64,000 nucleotides of DNA from Lytechinus pictus. Lineage: Eukaryota. The translations under genes and the position numbers were made by a program. Positions within the stretch are counted from its first letter, which is position 1. The number at the start of each line of letters is the position of its first letter. Of the stretch, positions 33,318 through 46,700 are shown piece by piece. The notes below the pieces were generated by a model, which searched no databases, was not told the DNA's origin, and was given only the letters and a program-made list of their open reading frames with translations. The stretch is from positions 16,740,001 through 16,804,000 of the forward strand of contig NC_087262.1 of NCBI RefSeq assembly GCF_037042905.1, read 5' to 3'.

Positions 33318-36300
33318 TAAAGAGTATCTCACTAGTGTGTATAACATGAACTATTGCTTTTCATGCAATTACTCATAGTGTATCTGAAATGAGAATCCAA
33401 AATGTTTGTAAACACCTTTATTAATTTGTTTACATATTGTGTATATATACACAGAGATTTTAACATGAATCGAAAAAACACGTTCATTACATAAAATAAT
33501 TTCATCATTGAAAATCAAGTATCAAAGACCATTATTTTTATTTATTTCGTGAATCTGAATTAACCACACAGTAGAAAAAAGATAATCACGTTGTTTAAGC
33601 CTGCCACTCTTATAATAAGTTGTTTCAACTTCTTTTTGTAACTGTTTAAACATTTTAAACATCTTGTTTAAAAAGCTGTAAGTTGTTTTAAAATAGACAG
33701 ATGCTTAAAAAGTTTAAACAGTAGTTGTTAGAGTGACGAGCTTAAACAACGTGCTTGACATTTTAGACAGCGTTTTTACAGTGTAATGCTTTTGTTGCCA
33801 TTCAACTGGTGTAATTAAGCTAGCGTTTAATATATATTTTGGGGTCTCTAGCTGTTATAGAGATTTCGATAAAAGACTATTATACTCATTCGAACTCTAT
33901 ATTTGTGAGTGTCAAGATTAGTCTTTATGAAATTGTGTACAATTGATATGCTGTTTTCTTGCAATTCAGCCTATTAGTTGTGGAGATACGTCAATGATCT
34001 CGAAATCTTAAAATTTTCTGCCCAGTGTTTATATGATGTGAAGGAAAAACCTAATAATCACGGATAATTATCAGCTCATTTCTTTCCTATTCGACCGTAA
34101 AATCTGAATCTGAATTAATCTGAATAAGGCTATATTTCTTTTTACGTGGAATGTATCCCCACAAACCGATTGATATATCAATATTTTCATATTATGAAAT
34201 GTGCATAATTACAGGAATTTTCATTTTGTATTAAAACACCTCGCTGAATGATTAATGTTTATAAACAGTCACTACAAATACAAACTACGATATTAACATA
34301 ATTTCAATTTCACTAGGGCATCCATAGAAATGTATTTATATCGAAGAACTTGTTATTGTTTTTTTTTTTATTGTTTTGCCTTTATTCAGAATACAATACA
34401 TCATAATATAACAAAGGTATAATAGTAATATTTTCTTGCATTGCACATTGCAATACGTTCTATTTTACAAAATTCAGGTTAGCTTAATAAATGATTAAAT
34501 TTCCATGAAATATAATAATAAAAACAACGAATCATATAAAGAAATAATACTTTGAACATTATTGAAATCAATATAAATCATGATAATTTGAATAAGGAAC
34601 TTCTTGTGAGAAAAGATGAATGGTGTACATTAAGCCAATGTAACACGGTGTATTTAATTAAATTTCTCAATATAAAAATGATTATGAATATCGGACTACG
34701 TGTTTATAAATTGCCGTTTGTTTATACCGCCCTCTTTCGAGAGAATCAGGACATGCTCTATCTTCGAACAACATGGAAAGGTATCTATTGGAGACTGAAT
34801 TATTTTCTGGAGAAAATCTTTTATCATATTCACCTTTTTAGAAAATGTTGATGGAAAGAAACAACACAAATGCACATACATACGGTTGTCCACCCCCCCC
34901 CCCAAAAAAAAAAGGATAATAAAAATCAATACAAATTTTAAAAAGGAAGTGATTGGACTCTTTGTTTTTTCTCAGATTTGACATTTATCGTGTAGAAGTG
35001 ACAGAATGACGAATGACGTACTGGAAAACATGATAATTAATTGTGACATCCTATAAAGTCTTCCTTTAAGTAAAAGAATAGCATTTACACTCTAATAATG
35101 AAACATTGAAAGGTTATTGAAAGATATTGATTCACTATCAATATATTCTATTTTCTAATTGAATTACTTGCTTGAAATTGCATATACATAATGTGTATAT
35201 AAATAATATTGAATTTATATTGTTATTACATTCTCTATAATATAGTGTGCATATGTATGTATGGAAACGTTTACCATAAAATATAAAATTAACACTTTTT
35301 TAAAGTTTTAATTTGACCCATATTTTGTTTCTAATACCTGTACATTCTCTTGATCTCATACATATCAAATCAATTTTAAAATGCGATTTCTATATGAATT
35401 ATTATTTTATGATATTAATTGTATGAATGTGTTTTTATTATTGATATTGATTGGTCAGTTCATTTAGCGATTAATCGCTAATCTTTGTGTTACGGAGCCC
35501 AGGTCTGGGTGGAAGGCCTTTGGGCGGTAGTAATTTATTTTAGGTTTTCCTTTCCCAGGCAACGCATGGGTCCCGTAACACAAAGATTAGTGATTAATTG
35601 CATATTTGATTTTGCGATTAATTATATATTGTAGTCAATGCAATCAATCGTAGAGAAATGATCTACAATAATTGCTAAGCTGTGTGTTACAGGCCCCTGG
35701 AGATTAATTAGTAAACATCCTCGTCTCTTTTGTTTTTGTATTTGTGTTCTCTTTGAAAATGTCATTTTGTTGATATACTGAATAAATGTATATACATGTA
35801 GAGGACTCCTCGCACGGAGTAAAAGATAAAATTGTACACATGGATTTTGAATTTCCACCTTGTAGGACTATTGATACTAAAAAAAGGATACTAAAAAGGG
35901 GGTACTTTAAATATTTCGTTGATAGAAAACAATAACTGTCCCCATACAAATATCATTGATATCTTTGGTTTGGTAAATAAAGTAATTTGTTCTTTTCGTG
36001 AATATTAATGTTTTTGTCGTTTGGAAATGTATACACATGGATTTCTGGCAAGATAGATTATAGTCTTACCACATAGTAAGGGGGATTTTAAGTGAATGAA
36101 TAAAAAAGATGTATAGTTTCATAATATGATTTCTGAATATGTTTGTTCAACTATTCGCTGCCTGCACTGGCATAATGTTTCTCTCCCGCGAATATCATAT
36201 TTTCATATTTTATTTTGTACTCCATTTTCAACTTTAGATATTTTTATTTTATAGTGTTATTCTTTTGGTAGGTGTCGTCTTTCGTCTCTATCCGTTATTG

Positions 36301-38261
36301 TAACCTGATTTTGTAAAATGCATATATCCAAACTAAGTCACAAGTTTTGTCTCTCATACAAGCATGAGATATTTCTTAACAAGCCCATCCGTTCCATTTC
36401 ATTTATTTTTTTTACCAAAAGTCACTTTTATTCACCTCAATATCCTTTCATCCGAGTTTTTTTTTCTATATTATGTACATTATAATTGGAATTGAACTCG
36501 TTGTGATATTTATGTACAATGTATTTTTGATATGAAAGTACTTTAATGCATTTTAAGAACGAAGAATTAATAAATCTTAAATATGATCAAATACCTTCTC
36601 ACAAACGAATTTCATTTCTAGTAAATCCGTCGATTTAAAGAAAGAGAGAACGGTGTATCAAACCAGGGTGCAATTTGTTTTACCCACTGTTCCCTCATGT
36701 TTGAATTATAATACCAATATTTTGCGCCAATTTATTGTTGTTTGTTATAATTTGGACTTAATGAATGTTAACAATTCAGTTTGACAAATGGAACGGAAAC
36801 TGTTTGCGTCATCAAAATTGCCTTCACTCTGAGAGTATAGATAATTTTGCACAAATATAATTATTTTATATGTTTCACATAACATATATAGTATATCATT
36901 TCATGTTTTTAACGACATATCTATCGAGTTTATGTCATCTCTTCATAATACGCTGACTGATTTCCATCTGTAAAATACGAAGAATTATTTCACCCACTAT
37001 TATATCCTATTATGGTGTAGCCAATAAAAACTAACGCTGTAAATATTCAAATCATAATAGAAGCGAATAATTTCATTATCATGTGAGTGAGGGTAGGAAT
37101 TGACAGACAAAGTGTTGGCCCTACTATAGAATGACATAATAAAATTCGACAATTAAGATTTCTAAACCAACTGATTATTTCCATTGATTATTAATGATAA
37201 TAATAATCAAGGGCGGCGCCATGATATTTTGATGGGGGGGGGGCACCGAAAGATAGAATTATAGGGATGTTTTATAGGTACATGGTCCAGACCTCTCCAT
37301 TTTAATTCTTTTTCCTCAATTCTTTCATTTCCTTCCATATTTTTCTCCTCCTTTGTCACTACGTACAAAATCGTATAGGGAGCGGTAGCCCCTACCATTT
37401 TCTCGATAGATAAATATAGGCAAAATGTTCATACCATTTGTTCCGGGAAGGGTAAGAAAAATGGAGATTGAAAGAAAGAAGGGAGGGGGCAGAAGGGGTA
37501 GAGGTTTGGAACTAAGGAGATGCGAAAGAGGGCAAGATGTAAAAGGGAATTATAATAATGAATAGTAAATTCAGAGAGGGGAAGAGGGAAATAGAAAAGA
37601 TGTGTGGGGAGATAAAAAGAGAGATAGGGGGAAAGGAAACTCATGCTGTTTGAAAGAATATCACATTACAAGACATCAGATAATTTTATTGTTATTCCGG
37701 ATAAAATCTATATAATATAAGGCCTAGTTAAGATCACGCAGCAGTATCAACGAAACCGACTCCAAACCGACCGACTGATACCCACCATTCGAAAAGAAAT
37801 GGTCAGACAGCCCTGGAGTCGGTTTTTTGTTACGTTGCAGTCTTTCGAACGAAACCGACTCCAAATAAACTATTATGCCATTTGAAATTAAAAAAAAATC
37901 CGTAATAGCCATGACCGAGTCCAAACCCACTGATACCATTTGAAAAAACAAATGGTAGACCTGACCGGTTTGATGTCTATTTCATTTGTGTGAAAGAATT
38001 AGCATAACACAGAAAAAAAAAATCAATGCTCCATGCAGTCATACCAACAAAACCGACTCCAAACCGATTGATTTCACATTTGAAAAACAAAAACAAACCG
38101 TTATAGCCCTGATCGGTTTTAAGTCGGTTTCATCAATGTGACTGTAGCGTGACAAAGAAATTACAAAATCAATGCACCAGTCACACTAACGAAACAAACC
38201 CCAAACCGACTGATGATAATATCATTGAAAATAACGTACAGATATATCTGGATTCGATGTT

Positions 38262-38520
38262 GACCCTTCTTACAAAGAATTGTGACTGATCCGATTAACA
38301 AAACTCTAGAAACCCAGCAAAATCAACAGATAAAATGCACGTTTGTTCACAATTTCTAAATATGATTCATATACATTCTTAGTTTTCTTGAAAATTCGGT
38401 GTGCTTCTCTTTCTTTACAAAGGGACATTGTGAAACTCAACTGTAGAAAATGACATAATATGGATTACAATACATTTAAGGTTGATCGGATCAGTCGTAA
38501 CTCTTTGTTAAGACGGGTCC
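38262..38520. mobile_element. ~260-bp MITE
   Basis: gacccttcttacaaagaattgtgactgatccgat ... atcggatcagtcgtaactctttgttaagacgggtc inverted ends. Confidence 0.65.
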
Positions 38521-40487
38521 CTGAAGTTTCTTATGAAATGAGGGGGTTAAGAATTTACTCTGCAAATGGGGGTGCTTGGGAAGTGGAATTCAACAAGAAA
38601 TTGGGGTCTTCAAGAACTGGCGGCTGAAATTAGGGGCTTAGGGACGGGAAGAACGAGTTGATCAATGAAAATGGATGAAGATTATTCTTTGTAACTGATG
38701 ACATGGCGTGAAAATGTAATAAACACTTATTGTTCAAATTTAGTAACCCTTTCAGCATTGTTCAGCCTTGTGCAAGGAATACTGAAATATCTTATTGCAT
38801 TCGAAGGCATATGACATATGAGAAATGTTACAATCATTTCGAGAAATAGAGATAAAGGAATGAAATACAAAGAAAGACATAGATAATGACTGAAAGGAAT
38901 GATACAAACGGGCGAAATGGAAGCAGGTCTTGATGGGGGGGTGTTATCATTTTTTAGGGGGGGCAACAAGTCACAAATTTTCAACGAGGATCTTAGTTCA
39001 TCCTACACAGTGTTGTTTTTTCAGGAGGGTACAGGTACTTTTTTGTTGAGAATCCTGAAAGTGATGGATTGAAGTAACTGAGTAATCACTAGTAGTATAT
39101 AGAGGAACGTTTTGAGTTTGAATGGTAAACAAAGGATTAAGTGGGTTATTATTTTGGTAAATTTTGATCAGTTTTCCAGGGAAGTGTAAGTTTTCAAAAT
39201 TTTCCCATCTAAAGGGGACGGGCAATTGCCCATTTCTCATATAAAACTGAATTGCAGCCACTGAGGTGGCCCATGTTTGAAAAAATAAGGTCTAATACCT
39301 ATTTTTGATACAAAATTTTAAAAATGGCCCTGCTTCCCTAACAATGTAATCCGTATTAAGGTTTTTTTTTATTAGTTTCTTCTTCATGTTCACCTAGCTC
39401 TTTCCTATTTTTCCTTCCCTTTTTTAAGGAATGATCATCATCGAAAAATAACGGAGAAGGAATTCAAAATTCCTCATACTTCCAATAAAGTAAATCAACA
39501 GCTACAGATATCATTTTGTATACAGGCATGTTTATTATGAGCCTTTTAAATAAGTTGTTTCGCGAATTATTTTCAAACCGTTTTAATAAGATATTTGAAG
39601 TATACATTAAAGAACGCATCTTAAGTAAAAACAAATTGTCTGATATTATAGGGAGTTACATCATGACCCGGACTGGGATCGATAATCAGTATGGATCATG
39701 GAAATTATGTTTAAAAAAACTTTTATAATACGCTGTTTACTATATGAACTTCACAGAATTAAGTTGTTTAAAACAGCTTAAACATATTAAACAAGTTAGT
39801 GTTTGAAATCTTGAACAAGAGGGGAGAAATCAGAGATATGAGAAATTAAAGGAAAAGGTATGGTACTTTGTGTACAAACAAATAGAGAGTTAATCAGCAA
39901 CTTTGAAGCAAGTATGCCAATTTGAGGATCCCCTGACAGTAAAACTGCTGCTTTAATTTTTACACAATGATGTTGACTGTATACACTAGTTGTTTAACAT
40001 TTTAAACAATCATGCTAAATTTATTGATAAATCAATATAGAAAAAATAAACGCTTATGTTGATTAAGATTTTACACACTTGTTTGAACAATAAGATTCAT
40101 GGTGTAAACAGCGTTGTACAGTGTTTTTACTGTGTAGAGATAATACAGTACGTGTATCTCTCAACATTGCTCAATGATCCAAAAATGGATTAGAATTGAA
40201 CACCCTCTATCGATAAGGTGACAAATGCTTCCATCAAGTTCAAAGGTAGCTGGGAAAAACCAGTTCTATTTATCATTATACTATTATGCTATTGTAATAT
40301 ATCGCAGCTTCCTCATTCCACAAAGTCATATTGTAATAGAAGTTTCGCGCACACAATCATTTCACGACCGTGACGTGCACAATAATTATTATGTACATAT
40401 TTACAGCAGTGTTACTCGTAGCTATCTCTCACAACTAAGTAGTACTCAGTTTCGTTGAAATAGTTTGACTGTAGAGTTTATGTAGCT

Positions 40488-41117
40488 ATGGCTGAAAAGA
40501 TTGAAATAGAGAAAGCCTCCAGTTCTTCACAGAACCTGGTATGTCCGCTGTGTCTTGATATTTTTGATGAACCAACGATCCTGACGTGCGGACACACTTT
40601 CTGTCGAAAGTGTCTCAAGAAATATGATCTGACCCACCAGGACATTGACCACATGGTCTGTCCTCTCTGTAGGGAGATCACCAAGTTGTCTTCCAACCGA
40701 GTCGACGATCTCCAACTCAATGTCTCCATTAACGGATTCGTAGACGATTACCACGCCAAGTGTGGAGGGATGAATTCTGTTCTTGAAATGAACCATAAAT
40801 GCACAGCTTGCAAGTTTCAGCAAGACGCTGTCTCCTTCTGCAGAACATGTAATAACTACATATGTGATAAATGTTTACAATCTCACCAGTGTATGACAAT
40901 GTTTGAAGATCACGAGATTGTCTCCATGGAGGATGTCATCGAAGGGAAGGTCAGCATTGGTCATCAATTTGAGAAATGCTCCATCCACAAACAAGAGAAC
41001 AAAGATATGTTTTGTGATGATTGTAAGGTCAGTGTCTGTCTCAGGTGCCTGGTCGTTGGTCACAAGGTCCATAACATCAAGAACCAGTCGGACTTCGAGC
41101 AGGAGTTGAGGCGAAAG
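40488..41117 (+). CDS. TRIM copy 3, coding exon 1
   Basis: Paralogue with intact RING and B-boxes; donor AAG|GTAATG. Confidence 0.93.
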
Positions 41118-42444
41118 GTAATGGTCATTTGAGATTTAGGGGTATCAAGTAGAAAACAATATCTTAAAGAAGATGCTGATGAAGATTGTGCCGCTGAAGG
41201 AGAAGAAGATGATGATACTAGCTATTCTTTTATTAATACCCCTGACTTCCTCGTCCTCCCCCTCAGTATAGGGACGCAGAACCAGTTGGGGTATACTTTT
41301 AAGCCTCCGATCTTTTTTTTTCAGTAAATGTGTACAAAAAATAAATGACAATATTATTGTGAAATGTTACATGCCCCCCCCCCCTTCTTGGATCAGCCCC
41401 CGCTCTCAAAACAATGCCACGACCCCAGTACCGTGTGAGTAAAAAAAAATGACACCTCATATTTTAACGAAAATATTATGCCATTTGCATAATCATATAT
41501 GGCCTGAAAGAATATTTTCTCCCAAATAACTTAATACGTTATTTATGTGGACTGTGTTCACGCTTGAATGATCAAGATATATTATTTTATTCTTATTTGT
41601 ATTGATGTAAATTTTGATTTGCGCTAAAGCAAGACATGGCTGCAATAAATTACTCCATATGTCAGTGATGTCATAATATATACAAGAGTTCCATCAAAAT
41701 CCATTTCAGAATACGTTATCGATAATTTGCATTTATTGTTTAATAACGACTTTTAAGTATTAATTCTCAAGTTGATTTCATTGAAGGGATTTGCAAATTA
41801 ATATGTTTACTAATTCATGATCTGATGATGGATTATGAATGACATCATTGGCATACGGATTCGTTCATTGCAGTAATGCCAAACTTTCGCGCAAATCAAG
41901 ATTTGCATCACTGCAAAGAATACCAACTGTATCTAAGCGTGAAGACATACCACATAAATATGGAATTAAATTAAATCAAGATTTCCCTTAAAATGGGGAC
42001 TTATGAGGTGTCAAGTTTTTATTCACACGGTATATGGCTAATTGTGATATCAATGTTAATAATAACAATGAAAAATTGATGATGATAATTATAAATAATA
42101 ATGATATTGATAACAATAGTAATACTGATACTATTGTTAATTTTGACAAAATCTAAATTAATTCTAATAATAATAATAAAAAACTATCATTAATACATAT
42201 AATATAGCAGTAATAATACGACTACTCATATAATGGTAATAACTGTCACTCATATCATTCGTTGCCTCCCCTACCCCCCCCCCCTCCTCATCCAGAATAG
42301 AGATTAAAAAATATTGATGTGACAACTTCCCGGGTGTATTATGTTAAACTTTATAATGGTTACATTCATTCAAAATTCTTCTAAACATTGTTTACGTGAA
42401 TGATTATTTTACAGCAAACGGTTACTATTTTTTTTCTCTCTTAG

Positions 42445-43710
42445 GTGACAGACCTTGCCCAGCAATGTGCAGCTAAGAAAGCAGAACTGGAGAAGAACAT
42501 TCAGAATATAGAATTACAACGTCATGAGGTACACACTGCCATGCAGAAACTACTAGATGATGTCAGCCAGGCTTACAGCATCAAGGTCAAAGAGCTGGAA
42601 GGAAATCTTCAAGATCTCATCGAGCAAATAAATGAACTAAAGCGAAGTTTCGAGGATGATCTCAACATCCTAAAGTCCAAGGAACGACAGAGGATCAAAA
42701 GCATTTGTAGTTCGGTTACATTGGTAGATAATGACAGACTGGGTCATCTTGAGACAGATAGTCTGTCCGCTCATAATTTGCTTTGTAAGGAGCTAGAAGC
42801 TATGCTGAAAGAGGTTACCGATCGCACTACTGCGGAAGTTATTACAAAGAAAGCACAGGAGAAGAGTTTTAATCCTGGAGATAAATCTTGTCTTGACCTC
42901 GGGCGCATTTCAGGATCAGATCCCAAGTTAGAAACCATGAAGTGTATAGATCTACGAGAGCGGATGGTTGGAATGACAGCTTACACTCGTACCAGTGTGG
43001 CCATCGTATATGGGAATAATACACGAGGTATTGATATCATTGATACAGCTGGTGGAACGGAGCAGTATACAAACATACCACATAACGTGCATGGTTATGT
43101 CGGTATTGTGATTCAGCGAGACGGTGTATTATGTGTCTCAACTGGTTCTACAGAAGCACACGTGTATTCTACCAATGGCTCCAGGAAAGCAACAATCAAC
43201 GTGAGTCGGACTCGTTATTATCTCACACTGAACAGAAGTCCTTCAAATGAGATCCTCATTGCTAATAGTGCCAACAAAGTCTACATCTATGACCCGACTG
43301 GATCCACTCTCAAACACACTGTTCCAACAAAGCACGTGACGAGGCAGGCATCATCCACCAGGTCGGGTTTGATCGTCACGAGTTCATGTTTTCTCACCAA
43401 TCCAAGCGTGGTGACGGTCTATGACAGGGATGGGAATGCTGGTGAGTCTCTGCAAGCTCCGGAGGGTGTCTACCTGTATGCTACCGTGGATGAGCGAGAC
43501 AGGGTGTATGTAGCGAGTGTTGATTGGAAGAATAAGAAGGTGGTGATCAGACTATATGATCTTGATGGTCTGAACCTGAGGGAAAGAGTTGAGTTTAATG
43601 CACTTGATATGACATCGGGTTGGTGTTGGTGTTACTTGGTTTCCCTCTCACCGGACCTACTCGCCTTTGCTTGTTACATGACGTTATATTTCATCAAGGT
43701 ATCGCTGTAA
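42445..43710 (+). CDS. TRIM copy 3, coding exon 2 (product 631 aa)
   Basis: ctcttAG|GTG acceptor; 1327-bp intron lacking the large insertions of copies 1 and 2. Confidence 0.9.
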   Translation: MTDLAQQCAAKKAELEKNIQNIELQRHEVHTAMQKLLDDVSQAYSIKVKELEGNLQDLIEQINELKRSFEDDLNILKSKERQRIKSICSSVTLVDNDRLGHLETDSLSAHNLLCKELEAMLKEVTDRTTAEVITKKAQEKSFNPGDKSCLDLGRISGSDPKLETMKCIDLRERMVGMTAYTRTSVAIVYGNNTRGIDIIDTAGGTEQYTNIPHNVHGYVGIVIQRDGVLCVSTGSTEAHVYSTNGSRKATINVSRTRYYLTLNRSPSNEILIANSANKVYIYDPTGSTLKHTVPTKHVTRQASSTRSGLIVTSSCFLTNPSVVTVYDRDGNAGESLQAPEGVYLYATVDERDRVYVASVDWKNKKVVIRLYDLDGLNLRERVEFNALDMTSGWCWCYLVSLSPDLLAFACYMTLYFIKVSL

Positions 43711-46700
43711 TGAAGAGTATCTCACTAGTGTGTATAACATGAACTATTGCTTTTCATGCAATTACTCATAGTGTATCTGAAATGAGAATCCAAAATGTTT
43801 GTAAACACCTTTATTAATTTGTTTACATATTGTGTGTATATACACAGAGATTTTAACATGAATCGAAAAAACACGTTCATTACATAAAATAATTTCATCA
43901 TTGAAAATCAAGTATCAAAGACCATTATTTTTATTTATTTCGTGAATCTGAATTAACCACACAGTAGAAAAAAGATAATCACGTTGTTTAAGCCTGCCAC
44001 TCTTATAATAAGTTGTTTCAACTTCTTTTTGTTATTGTTTAAACATTTTAAACATCTTGTTTAAAAAGCTGTAAGTTGTTTTAAAATAGACAGATGCTTA
44101 AAAAGTTTAAACAGTAGTTGTTAGAGTGACGAGCTTAAACAACGTGCTTGACATTTTAAACAGCGTTTTTACAGTGTAATGCTTTTGTTGCCATTCAACT
44201 GGTGTAATTAAGCTAGCGTTTAATATATATTTTGGGGTCTCTAGCTGTTATAGAGATTTCGATAAAAGACTATTATACTCATTCGAACTCTATATTTGTG
44301 AGTGTCAAGATTAGTCTTTATGAAATTGTGTACAATTGATATGCTGTTTTCTTGCAAGTCAGCCTATTAGTTGTGGAGATACGTCAATGATCTCGAAATC
44401 TTAAAATTTTCTGCCCAGTGTTTATATGATGTGAAGGAAAAACCTAATAATCACGGATAATTATCAGCTCATTTCTTTCCTATTCGACCGTAAAATCTGA
44501 ATCTGAATTAATCTGAATAAGGCTATATTTCTTTTTACGTGGAATGTATCCCCACAAACCGATTGATATATCAATATTTTCATTTTATGAAATGTGCATA
44601 ATTGCAGGAATTTTCATTTTGTATTAAAACACCTCGCTGAATGATTAATGTTTATAAACAGTCACTACAAATACAAACTACGATATTAACATAATTTCAA
44701 TTTCACTAGGGCATCCATAGAAATGTATTTATATCGAAGAACTTGTTATTGTTTTTTTTTTTATTGTTTTGCCTTTATTCAGAATACAATACATCATAAT
44801 ATAACAAAGGTATAATAGTAATATTTTCTTGCATTGCACATTGCAATACGTTCTATTTTACAAAATTCAGGTTAGCTTAATAAATGATTAAATTTCCATG
44901 AAATATAATAATAAAAACAACGAATCATATAAAGAAATAATACTTTGAACATTATTGAAATCAATATAAATCATGATAATTTGAATAAGGAACTTCTTCT
45001 GAGAAAAGATGAATGGTGTACATTAAGCCAATGTAACACGGTGTATTTAATTAAATTTCTCAATATAAAAATGATTATGAATATCGGACTACGTGTTTAT
45101 AAATTGCCGTTTGTTTATACCGCCCTCTTTCGAGAGAATCAGGACATGCTCTATCTTCGAACAACATGGAAAGGTATCTATTGGAGACTGAATTATTTTC
45201 TGGAGAAAATCTTTTATCATATTCACCTTTTTAGAAAATGTTGATGGAAAGAAACAACACAAATGCACATACATACGGTTGTCCACCCCCCCCCCCCAAA
45301 AAAAAAAAGGATAATAAAAATCAATACAAATTTTAAAAAGGAAGTGATTGGACTCTTTGTTTTTTCTCAGATTTGACATTTATCGTGTAGAAGTGACAGA
45401 ATGACGAATGACGTACTGGAAAACATGATAATTAATTGTGACATCCTATAAAGTCTTCCTTTAAGTAAAATAATAGCATTTACACTCTAATAATGAAACA
45501 TTGAAAGGTTATTGAAAGATATTGATTCACTATCTATATATTCTATTTTCTAATTGAATTACTTGCTTGAAATTGCATATACATAATGTGTATATAAATA
45601 ATATTGAATTTATATTGTTATTACATTCTCTATAATATAGTGTGCATATGTATGTATGGAAACGTTTACCATAAAATATAAAATTAACACTTTTTTTAAG
45701 TTTTAATTTGACCCATATTTTGTTTCTAATACCTGTACATTCTCTTGATCTCATACATATCAAATCAATTTTAAAATGCGATTTCTATATGAATTATTAT
45801 TTTATGATATTAATTGTATGAATGTGTTTTTATTATTGATATTGATTGGTCAGTTCATTTAGCGATTAATCGCTAATCTTTGTGTTACGGAGCCCAGGTC
45901 TGGGTGGAAGGCCTTTGGGCGGTAGTAATTTATTTTAGGTTTTCCTTTCCCAGGCAACGCATGGGTCCCGTAACACAAAGATTAGTGATTAATTGCATAT
46001 TTGATTTTGCGATTAATTATATATTGTAGTCAATGCAATCAATCGTAGAGAAATGATCTACAATAATTGCTAAGCTGTGTGTTACAGGCCCCTGGAGATT
46101 AATTAGTAAACATCCTCGTCTCTTTTGTTTTTGTATTTGTGTTCTCTTTGAAAATGTCATTTTGTTGATATACTGAATACATGTATATACATGTAGATGA
46201 CTCCTCGCACGGAGTAAAAGATAAAATTGTACACATGGATTTTGAAGTTCCACCTTGTAGGACTATTGATACTAAAAAAAGGATACTAAAAAGGGGGTAC
46301 TTTAAATATTTCGTTGATAGAAAACAATAACTGTCCCCATACAAATATCATTGATATCTTTGGTTTGGTAAATAAAGTAATTTGTTCTTTTCGTGAATAT
46401 TAATGTTTTTGTCGTTTGGAAATGTATACACATGGATTTCTGGCAAGATAGATTATAGTCTTACCACATAGTAAGGGGGATTTTAAGTGAATGAATAAAA
46501 AAGATGTATAGTTTCATAATATGATTTCTGAATATGTTTGTTCAGCTATTCGCTGCCTGCACTGGCATAATGTTTCTCTCCCGCGAATATCATATTTTCA
46601 TATTTTATTTTGTACTCCATTTTCAACTTTAGATATTTTTATTTTATAGTGTTATTCTTTTGGTAGGTGTCGTCTTTCGTCTCTATCCGTTATTGTAACC

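Noticed and set aside
34552-46344. Short ORFs conserved between spacers (99, 81, 78, 70 aa)
   Set aside because: Conserved only because of recent duplication; disrupted in other copies and without recognisable domains
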